Of a DNA stretch of 64,000 nt, positions 9,523-16,864 are shown piece after piece. Each line of letters begins with the position of its first letter. Within the stretch, counting starts at the first letter, position 1. Below the pieces are notes generated by a model, which searched no databases, had not been told where the DNA came from, and was given only the letters and a program-made list of their open reading frames with translations. This DNA comes from Acutalibacteraceae bacterium (GTDB lineage: Bacteria > Actinomycetota > Coriobacteriia > Coriobacteriales > QAMH01): assembly GCA_963606965.1 (NCBI GenBank), contig CAVDAL010000032.1, positions 25-64,024 on the forward strand. The letters are read 5' to 3'. The translations under genes were made by a program, and so were the position numbers.

Positions 9523-10388
9523 TTGCTCGCAAAAGAAATGGCGACAATGTTGAAGTTTATGATGCGCAAGGCGGTTTAATTAAATTTTTATATACAAACT
9601 GCTTTGGACGGGTTTTGCTATCTTTATTGGTTAAGCCGCCCGTCTCGCGTCTTGTTGGGCATTTCATGGATAGTGCGATTTCAAAGTTCATGATTAAGTC
9701 TTTTATTCGTAATAATAATATTGATTTGTCACAATATCAAAAGCAAGAATTTTCATCATATAATGACTGTTTTTGCAGAAAGATTAAGCCGCAGTTTCGC
9801 CCTTTTGATGATGAGTCAAGTCATCTTGTTTCGCCCTGTGATGCAAAGCTAACAATTTGCAATATAAGTGCAGATGTAAAGTTTGATATTAAAGGTCATA
9901 AATATACACTTTCTGAGCTTTTGAAGGATGAAAAATTAGCTAAGCATTATGACGGCGGCAAGCTGGCAATTTTTCGTCTTAGCGTGGACGACTATCACAG
10001 ATATAGCTTTTTTGATAGCGGCAAGATTATTTCACAGAAAAAAATCTCTGGAGTTTTTCATACTGTGAATCCTTTGGCTGTAAGTTTGCGCCCAATATAT
10101 AAAGAGAATACGCGGACATATTCTGTTTTAGAAACTCAAAATTTTAGTGAAGCAATTCAGATGGAAGTTGGAGCTTTGCTTGTTGGCAGAATTGTTAATG
10201 AAAGTCTAAATGCTGATGCGCATTTTAATAGAGGCGATGAAAAAGGTCACTTTGAATTTGGCGGATCAACAGTCATTTTAATTTTTGGGAAAGACGCAGT
10301 CACATTTGATGACGACATTGAAAAGAATAGTTCTGAAGATATTGAAACTATCGTCAAAATGGGAGAGCGCATAGGGCGTTCTAAATAA
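9519..10388 (+). CDS. psd: phosphatidylserine decarboxylase proenzyme
   Basis: C-terminal self-cleavage region GHFEFGGSTVILIF (G-S-T) and the overall Psd layout. TTG start overlaps the pssA stop by 4 nt. Confidence 0.8.
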   Translation: MIARKRNGDNVEVYDAQGGLIKFLYTNCFGRVLLSLLVKPPVSRLVGHFMDSAISKFMIKSFIRNNNIDLSQYQKQEFSSYNDCFCRKIKPQFRPFDDESSHLVSPCDAKLTICNISADVKFDIKGHKYTLSELLKDEKLAKHYDGGKLAIFRLSVDDYHRYSFFDSGKIISQKKISGVFHTVNPLAVSLRPIYKENTRTYSVLETQNFSEAIQMEVGALLVGRIVNESLNADAHFNRGDEKGHFEFGGSTVILIFGKDAVTFDDDIEKNSSEDIETIVKMGERIGRSK

Positions 10389-10397
10389 AAATACTCC

Positions 10398-10571
10398 ATA
10401 AAAGGAAAAACGAGCTAGGGAGGGGACCTAGCTCGTGGCCTGCAAAAAGAACCCTGTGAAATAATTCACTTTCAAGCCCAAGAAGCAGGGCCTGAGGCTT
10501 GAGGGATTGCAAGCCCTGCTCGAGGAGAAGGGGGCAGAGAGAAGATAGAGGAGGGTATTATCTTTCTGCAA
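10398..10571 (-). ncRNA. candidate small RNA (about 170 nt) with its own promoter and terminator and CU-rich anti-SD-like segments
   Basis: Minus strand: TTGACC (10605-10600), 17 nt, TATATT (10582-10577). A 10-bp terminator stem ACGAGCTAGG / CCTAGCTCGT (10411-10437) is followed on the minus strand by TTTTTCCTTTT. The 5' end GCAGAAAGA can pair with UCUUUUUGC just upstream of the terminator. Contains no ATG. Confidence 0.4.
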
Positions 10572-10624
10572 GAAGAAATATACTACATTTATTATTCACG
10601 GTCAAGAATAAATATTTAAATTGT

Positions 10625-11443
10625 TTATTTTTTCTTTGAAGCATGCGCTGCATACATTATGCTTGCAACAAGTATGCCCCCAATAATATTTCCAATTGTT
10701 ACAGGAATAAGGTTATTGATAATAAAACTTCCAAAATTCAAAACTGCTGTATTTATTCCAGCTTCAGCAATCATGCCTGCAAATGCAGAATTCATATTCG
10801 CAAAAATTCCAGCAGGGATGTAATACATATTTGCAACGCTATGTTCAAAGCCTGCAATAACAAATCCAAAGATTGGCAAGAACAAACCCATAATGCGTCC
10901 GGCTGTGTCATGCGCAGTGCTTCCTAAATAAACAGCTATGCAAACCAAGATGTTGCAGAACACGCCAAGTGCTAAAGCCTTTCCCCAGCTCAATGATGCT
11001 TTTGAGGCTGCTACTTTTGCAGTATATACAGCAAGTGCTCCGCCACCGATATCAAGCTGACCCAAAAAAGCCATGCATGCTGCTAAAGCAATAGCGCCAA
11101 CAAAATTGCCAACATATACAAGTCCCCAATTTCTTAAGAGCTTGCCTACTGTAATTTCTTTTGCATATACAGCAGAAATCATTAAGCAATTTCCTGTGAA
11201 AAGTTCTGTTCCAAGCAAAACAACCATAACCAAGCCAATAGGAAAGATTGCTCCGCTTACAAAGCGCACCATTCCAACATCGCTTAATGCATGCGCTGCA
11301 GTAGAAGATGCAACTGCGCCAAATCCAATTAAAACACCTGCAGCAATTCCCAAAACAAAAAGCTTCCACGCTGGAGCATTCGCTTTAGATATACTCGATT
11401 TTATGTAGTTGTCTGTGATTTCTGTAGGGCTGTTATAAGCCAT
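10625..11443 (-). CDS. formate/nitrite transporter (FNT) family channel
   Basis: Six-TM FNT layout with FLPIFGFVIAGFEHSVANMYYIP (the FNT central His region). SD GGAGGAACC precedes the ATG at 11443 (MAYNSPTEI...). Confidence 0.85.
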   Translation of the reverse strand: MAYNSPTEITDNYIKSSISKANAPAWKLFVLGIAAGVLIGFGAVASSTAAHALSDVGMVRFVSGAIFPIGLVMVVLLGTELFTGNCLMISAVYAKEITVGKLLRNWGLVYVGNFVGAIALAACMAFLGQLDIGGGALAVYTAKVAASKASLSWGKALALGVFCNILVCIAVYLGSTAHDTAGRIMGLFLPIFGFVIAGFEHSVANMYYIPAGIFANMNSAFAGMIAEAGINTAVLNFGSFIINNLIPVTIGNIIGGILVASIMYAAHASKKK

Positions 11444-11600
11444 GGTTCCTCCTAAGCTCATTCACACATTTGTGAATATCCATTATGTCTTGTGGATATT
11501 TATAAGGCATTGCAAGTTCAAGTTCTAATATGGCGTGGCATTGAACTTGGCATTCGTATTTGAATAATCTATAAGGCGCTTGCTTGCGTTTTGGCGCATG

Positions 11601-12314
11601 CTATTCAGAAATAATATCGCGTATAACTTTGGAAGCTATCATTTGACCCATGATTGCAGGGTAATATGAAATTGTTCCAATGTTTGCTCTGGCTTTGCGC
11701 GTGTTGTTATCTGCCGGAATGACAAGAGGCTCTTCAGGCGAATAGATGACCTGCATTTTTTCAAGCCCGCACTTTCTGGCATGCTTGCGAACAGCTTTAC
11801 ACATTCTGCATGTGTGAGTTTCATAGATATCTGCAAATTGCAACATTTGCGGGTCGAGCTTGTTCCCAGACCCAAGCGCGGCAATATAAGGAATTTCTAA
11901 GCTTTCAGCGCGCATTGCAAGAGCAACTTTTGTTGTGACAAGGTCTGCTGTGTCAACAATATAGTTTGGAACAAAATCCATCTTGCTGAAAAATTCATCA
12001 ATATTGTCAGGTAGCAGTTGCATAGAGATGCATTGAACTTTCGCGTCTGGGTTTATTTCTTTGATAATCGCAGACATCACTTCAAGCTTGCTTTTTCCAA
12101 TAGTGCTATTGAATGCAAGAGCTTGTCTATTTATGTTACTTTCGGAAACAATATCATAATCAACAAGGATAAATGCACCAATACCTGCGCGCGCCAAGCT
12201 TTCAACACAGTTGCTCCCGACGCCACCAATGCCAACCACTGAAACGCACGAATTAGCCAGTTCGCTAATTCCATGTTCGCCAATAAGGATTTTTGTTCGT
12301 TCATTAAAAGACAT
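11601..12314 (-). CDS. tcdA: tRNA threonylcarbamoyladenosine dehydratase (ThiF/E1-like)
   Basis: VSVVGIGGVGSNCVESLARAGIG..LVDYD..SNINRQ nucleotide-binding block plus the C-terminal CRMCKAVRKHARK segment typical of TcdA/CsdL. The likely start is the internal ATG at 12314 (MSFNERTK...). Confidence 0.7.
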   Translation of the reverse strand: MSFNERTKILIGEHGISELANSCVSVVGIGGVGSNCVESLARAGIGAFILVDYDIVSESNINRQALAFNSTIGKSKLEVMSAIIKEINPDAKVQCISMQLLPDNIDEFFSKMDFVPNYIVDTADLVTTKVALAMRAESLEIPYIAALGSGNKLDPQMLQFADIYETHTCRMCKAVRKHARKCGLEKMQVIYSPEEPLVIPADNNTRKARANIGTISYYPAIMGQMIASKVIRDIISE

Positions 12315-12459
12315 GGGAGTATTATATCCTATGGCTTGGGTGGGTGTTGCGCCGTCAGCACTTTGCTTATTTGTATTCGCGGAATTACATATTTTCAAGT
12401 CGGTAGTTTGCGTTACACTACTATAAGACATATGCCAATAGGAGTGAGGGGAAAGTTCC

Positions 12460-13341
12460 ATGGCTATAGGCACTAGTGGAAAACAAAGTATAAAAGAGAG
12501 GATAGCAACGCGTAATGCTGCAAGAAATGCAAAGCGCGATGCTGTGAATCAACATTATGCTGAAGTTGCAAATAATGTTCGCGCAATCACTCAAGATGAA
12601 AATCAATCATGTTCATCTGCATCTTCCTGCTCATGCAAAGATGCTAGAAGGCTTTATCCTGAACAGGTTATAGATGGAGTTCCTCAAGCAGCACTTCTTG
12701 CTTCTCGTGGCTGTGGCAATCCTTTTGACAGAACATGTTTAAAGGAAGGCGACACTGTTTTAGACCTTGGCTGTGGCGGCGGCATTGATGTTTTGTTAGC
12801 TGCACAAAAGGTTGGGGAAAGTGGTCATGTCACTGGCGTAGACATGACAGAAGAAATGCTTCAAATAGCCAGGGAAAATCAAGCCCTTACTAACATTACA
12901 AACGTTGACTTTGTTCAAGGATATCTTGAACATCTTCCATTTGATGATAATTCATTTGATTGCGTAATTTCTAATTGTGTTATAAATCTTTGTGAAGATA
13001 AAAGCAAAGTTCTGGCTGAAGCCTTGCGCGTTTTAAAGCCACTTGGCTGCTTTGTTGTTGCAGATATTGCTTTTGATTCTGCATATTATCAAGCACAAAG
13101 TGTGGATTCTGCTGCTGCAATCTTGGGCTGCACTTCTGGCGTTTTGGACATTCAGCAGTACAGAGGAATTTTAAACCAACTTGGTTTCTTAAGTTCAAAT
13201 ATTGAAATTTATAGGCGCTATCCTTATGAAACTTTGCAAGAAAAGGCACAGCAAAAAGGAATGCAGCAAGACTTAGCAGCATATTCTCCGCAATATATCG
13301 ATAATGCTTTTTGCGGTGTTTATGTTACAGCTTATAAATAA
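12460..13341 (+). CDS. arsM: ArsM-family SAM-dependent (arsenite-type) methyltransferase
   Basis: SAM motif VLDLGCGGGID plus the ArsM-specific Cys contexts: CSC near the N-terminus, SRGCGNP, ISNCVINL and ILGCTSG. SD GAGGGGA precedes the ATG. Confidence 0.7.
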   Translation: MAIGTSGKQSIKERIATRNAARNAKRDAVNQHYAEVANNVRAITQDENQSCSSASSCSCKDARRLYPEQVIDGVPQAALLASRGCGNPFDRTCLKEGDTVLDLGCGGGIDVLLAAQKVGESGHVTGVDMTEEMLQIARENQALTNITNVDFVQGYLEHLPFDDNSFDCVISNCVINLCEDKSKVLAEALRVLKPLGCFVVADIAFDSAYYQAQSVDSAAAILGCTSGVLDIQQYRGILNQLGFLSSNIEIYRRYPYETLQEKAQQKGMQQDLAAYSPQYIDNAFCGVYVTAYK

Positions 13342-13345
13342 GTTT

Positions 13346-14326
13346 TTAATCAAATAGCATTTTTAAAGGATATCTTGGCACATCCCAATCTTCGCCTTTG
13401 AGCGTTCTGATTTTATGCAAAACTTCATAAGCTAAAATGTCAAAATCTTCACTTGGCCTTTTGCCTCTTGGGCTTGTTCCAGCATCTGCCCAAAGCACAT
13501 TGCCAGCCCCTGTTCCAAAAGGAATGCTTTCCCCAGCGCACAAACGCATGATACATGCGAGCTGTTTGACTCGTGCGCCGCTTATTGTTTCTGTATTTTC
13601 CATAGCAGTGCCTCTGGCAGGCGTGAGCTTGCCAATTCCAGAACAATATGGCTTATAAGCAATGACTTCAAACATTCGCTGGACAATTTCTTTAGGATCG
13701 CTTGATGCTTGTACTGGTTCAACAGATGTCATTATTTGCAATCCTGCAGATACAGCAGCATCCAAAGTTGCTATGCGGCTTTGCGGATTGATTGAAGTTA
13801 TTGTTCCTTCTTCTAGCCTGTGTGCATGATAAATCGATTGCACGCCGAGCTTTTTGAGTTTTTGCGCTTGCTCAAACGTAATGTCTCCGATGTTTGCCAT
13901 TACAGGCATATTGTCTGAAATATTTTCACGCACTGCTTGTACAACTTCGCAAAATTGATCAAATGGATATGCTGCTGTGCTCATCAAGCTAATTAAGTGA
14001 GCGCCGCCTTTGTCAAAAGCTTGCGCAAATCTAACAATATCTTCAAGGGGAACAATCTGTTCATTTTTGCTATATGTATTTTGTTTTGCAGCAAATTTAC
14101 AAAAGTCGCAATTTGCGGGGCAAGGCAATTTGTCTAAGCCAATTTGTGCATAAACTTGACCGATATTTTTTGAAGCTTTTCTAGAAATTATCATTGCAGC
14201 ATTTATTGTGCATGCAGCTTCAAAAGAATCTGGCTCAAATTCCATAAATCGCAAAGCTTCTTCTTCATTTAAAAGCTTGCCACGCAAAACTTCATCAAGT
14301 CGTTTTTCTATCCATTTATCAAGCAT
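13346..14326 (-). CDS. radical SAM protein, BioB/HydE-like TIM-barrel class (paralog 1), function unknown
   Basis: Cluster motif CPANCDFC (CxxxCxxC) preceded by YAQIGL. Shares blocks with 16865-17878: TSVEPV vs TCVEPV, and GAGNVLWADAGTSPRG vs SGGNLTWAEVGSNPRD. Lies 18 nt downstream of the SufS-like fusion gene. Confidence 0.75.
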   Translation of the reverse strand: MLDKWIEKRLDEVLRGKLLNEEEALRFMEFEPDSFEAACTINAAMIISRKASKNIGQVYAQIGLDKLPCPANCDFCKFAAKQNTYSKNEQIVPLEDIVRFAQAFDKGGAHLISLMSTAAYPFDQFCEVVQAVRENISDNMPVMANIGDITFEQAQKLKKLGVQSIYHAHRLEEGTITSINPQSRIATLDAAVSAGLQIMTSVEPVQASSDPKEIVQRMFEVIAYKPYCSGIGKLTPARGTAMENTETISGARVKQLACIMRLCAGESIPFGTGAGNVLWADAGTSPRGKRPSEDFDILAYEVLHKIRTLKGEDWDVPRYPLKMLFD

Positions 14327-14344
14327 TAGTCTTCCTTATAAATT

Positions 14345-16507
14345 TTATCTGTCCCAATAAAGTTTTGAACAAAGTGAAACACTTGTAAGCAAAGCTTCAA
14401 TATCTTCAAGCGTTGTATGCACAGCAATGCTTGCACGTCCTGTGCCAATTGTACCAAAAGCGCCTGAAAGAGGAATTGCACAATGCGAACCTGCGCGAAT
14501 TGCAACGCCGCGATTCCCGCAGAAAGCTGCAAGCTGCGGCGGCGTGACGCCATCAAGTGAAAATGAAACAAGTCCATTTTGTCCATCAGCTTTTGAATGG
14601 TCGCCCCAAATTGTAATTCCCCAGATTTTCTTTAGCCCAGCAACAAGTGCTTTTGTCATTGCAACTTTGTGGTTTTGGCGTTCGCCTTCATCTAAGCTTT
14701 CAAGATAGTCGATTGCGCCACCCAAAGCTATAGCTTGTGAAATTGCAGGTGTGCCTGTTTCATATTGAATTGCGCCAAGTCTCAAATAGTAAGAGTCAAG
14801 CGACACATGAGAAATTACACCTCCGCCCAATGCAAGCGGGTCCATTTCTTCAAATGCATCTGGGTGAATCCACAAGCCACCAATCCCAAATGGTGCATAC
14901 ATTTTGTGCCCTGAAAATGCAATAAAATCAGCACCTGTTTTATAAACATCAATTTTTTGATGCGGCATTGATTGCGCAGCATCCAGCACAAATCTAGCTC
15001 CGCACTCATGTGCCATCTTTGCCATCTTTTCAACTGGCGCTTTAATTCCTGTGACATTTGAAATATGTGCAATGCAAACAAGCTTTGGCTTTTGTTCAAG
15101 AAGCTTTTCATAAGCTTCCATGTCAAGTCTGCAATCAGTTGTTAGCGGCAGGGCTTCCAATCTTGCACCCTTGCGTTGTGCCAAAGCAAGCCATGGCAAA
15201 TAATTTGAATGATGCTCAGCAATTGTGCTGATAATCAAGTCACCTTCAGAAATATTATGTTCGCCCCATGCTAAAGCAACAAGATTTAGCGAATCACTTG
15301 TATTCTTTGTATATACAGTTTCACGCCTGGAAGCGCCAATATAATCTTCCAACTTCGCTCTGGCATCATTTAGCATAGCCGTTGCTTTTGCAGAAAGCTC
15401 ATAAGCACCTCTATAAACATTTGCATTTTCATGCTTGTCAAAATTTTCCTGTGCTTGCAAAGCTTGGAAGCAACGCTGGCTTGTAGCAGCAGAGTCTAAA
15501 AATGCTAAGCTGTCTTTGTTTTTTGTATCCAGCAAAATGGGGAAGTTTTTGACTTGGCTTTTTCCAAAAGCATCCGCATCTGTTAGCTTTTTGCGCAAAG
15601 GCATAGGGAATGCTTTGTTTAAGGATGAAATAACATCTTTAGCTGCGTCGATAAGCTGCATATCAGCATTGTTATAGTTTTCTTTCTTGTGCTTTTTGCC
15701 TATGCTAAGCTTCATTTGTTCATGCGCAATACGCACAGCTTCACGCGCGCTCAAAGTGCATTCTTTTTCAAAGTCTTCAACGCGCTTGCAAGCTGGCAAA
15801 TTTGAGTCAAGGCGTTCTTCACCAAAATTATGATCCTTAATTTTGAGCATTGGAAGAATGCGCTCTTTTGGTGTCATTTCATAGATGGAATTTTCAAGCA
15901 AATCGCGCGAAACCAGAAGCGGAGTGTGGCGTGTCCATGCAATCCAAGATGTAACGCAATCAAGACTTGTATCATTGCGAAAATCTTGGCAAACTTCAAT
16001 TATGTGAGCAGGCGTCAACCTGACCTGGTCGCATGAAAGCAAGATAATTGAATCAATATCCGGATCATCTTCAATTTCTTCAAAAGCTATATCAAAAATC
16101 CCTTTTGTGAAACTGAACAAATCGAAAAAGCCAGATTCTTTGCTAGCTTTAGCATCCTTTTTGGAGTCATATCTAATTACGGAAGCATCATGTGCTAACT
16201 TTTTTGGCAACCTTAAATCTGGAGCTGCAATAATGTCAACGGATGCAAATTCGCACTGGCAAGCGCATTCATAAGATTGTTCAATCAAAGTCTTTTTCTG
16301 CCACACTTGCAAAGGTCTTGAGGCTTCTTTGCAAAGCTTTGGATCTTTACCAGGAATATCAGATTGCACTTTCAATGGAGTTGTGCCCATATTGTTTGCA
16401 AGAATGAATGCAGCTGTTCTTCCGCATGCTGCTTTCAACTCGTTTTTGCTTGGATTTTCCCGCTTAGGAATTTCCATGCTTGGTTGGTGCAACTTTCGAT
16501 CTTCCAT
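14345..16507 (-). CDS. fusion protein: unassigned ~340-aa N-terminal domain (possibly a degenerate MobA/MocA-like fold) plus a SufS/CsdA-type cysteine desulfurase
   Basis: C-terminal half carries LDSAATSQ, ANVYRGAYELS, AEHHSNYLPW, the PLP lysine in FSGHKMYAPFGIGGLW, ETGTP, and the active-site Cys in RAGSHCA. N-terminal half contains AAFILANNMGTTPLKV and IILLSCDQVRLTPAHI. SD AGAGGAG precedes the ATG at 16507. Confidence 0.75.
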   Translation of the reverse strand: MEDRKLHQPSMEIPKRENPSKNELKAACGRTAAFILANNMGTTPLKVQSDIPGKDPKLCKEASRPLQVWQKKTLIEQSYECACQCEFASVDIIAAPDLRLPKKLAHDASVIRYDSKKDAKASKESGFFDLFSFTKGIFDIAFEEIEDDPDIDSIILLSCDQVRLTPAHIIEVCQDFRNDTSLDCVTSWIAWTRHTPLLVSRDLLENSIYEMTPKERILPMLKIKDHNFGEERLDSNLPACKRVEDFEKECTLSAREAVRIAHEQMKLSIGKKHKKENYNNADMQLIDAAKDVISSLNKAFPMPLRKKLTDADAFGKSQVKNFPILLDTKNKDSLAFLDSAATSQRCFQALQAQENFDKHENANVYRGAYELSAKATAMLNDARAKLEDYIGASRRETVYTKNTSDSLNLVALAWGEHNISEGDLIISTIAEHHSNYLPWLALAQRKGARLEALPLTTDCRLDMEAYEKLLEQKPKLVCIAHISNVTGIKAPVEKMAKMAHECGARFVLDAAQSMPHQKIDVYKTGADFIAFSGHKMYAPFGIGGLWIHPDAFEEMDPLALGGGVISHVSLDSYYLRLGAIQYETGTPAISQAIALGGAIDYLESLDEGERQNHKVAMTKALVAGLKKIWGITIWGDHSKADGQNGLVSFSLDGVTPPQLAAFCGNRGVAIRAGSHCAIPLSGAFGTIGTGRASIAVHTTLEDIEALLTSVSLCSKLYWDR

Positions 16508-16560
16508 AAAAATCTCCTCTTATATGACTTGCCGCCTTTTGCACATAATGCAAATAGTAT

Positions 16561-16603
16561 ATAAAAAATGACAGATTCTTGAGGCCTGATCCAAGAATCT
16601 GTC
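16561..16603 (-). terminator. intrinsic terminator inside the 5' leader of the fusion/rSAM operon (attenuator or riboswitch expression platform)
   Basis: Perfect 12-bp stem GACAGATTCTTG / CAAGAATCTGTC (16570-16581 with 16592-16603) and a 10-nt loop. On the minus strand it is followed by ATTTTTTAT. It lies 54 nt upstream of the ATG at 16507 and before the SD. Confidence 0.55.
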
Positions 16604-16701
16604 AAGTCATCCTTCTTCTTTCATCTTTAAAATAATTGCCCATTTGTTCGGACAAATGCAAAGAAATAATACTTTTGCTGCCTGTGCTTCGACCGTTTAA
16701 C

Positions 16702-16731
16702 AGTATAAGACAATGTCAAATAAAAGCGCAA
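16702..16731 (-). promoter_or_regulatory. candidate promoter for the attenuated leader
   Basis: Minus strand TTGCGC (16731-16726), 18 nt, TATACT (16707-16702). This would give a leader of about 190 nt. Confidence 0.3.
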
Positions 16732-16792
16732 GTCCATACTTTGGCGAAAAATACTTGCATTCTTGCATATACTTTAGTTATTCTGTTAGTGG

Positions 16793-16810
16793 TTAGCGAC
16801 TAATAGCTAA
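16793..16810. promoter_or_regulatory. inverted repeat TTAGC-N8-GCTAA (candidate operator) in the divergent control region
   Basis: TTAGCGACTAATAGCTAA at 16793-16810, preceded by further TTAG copies (16774-16777, 16786-16789). About 55-70 nt upstream of the rSAM paralog 2 start. Confidence 0.3.
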
Positions 16811-16864
16811 AGTTACTATATGTTAAATAAAATAAAGAATTGTTAACTCGGGGAGATGTTTTTT

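Noticed and set aside
10398-10571. 6S RNA (SsrS) identity for the candidate sRNA, because the 5' and 3' ends pair.
   Set aside because: The two halves are not complementary enough to form the long interrupted helix with a central bubble that defines 6S RNA. The ~35-nt CU tract has no purine-rich partner strand.
16612-16640. Five-codon leader peptide (ATG AAA GAA GAA GGA TGA, MKEEG) on the minus strand just upstream of the attenuator hairpin.
   Set aside because: No SD precedes it and it has no regulatory-codon bias. It is probably a chance ORF in an A-rich spacer.
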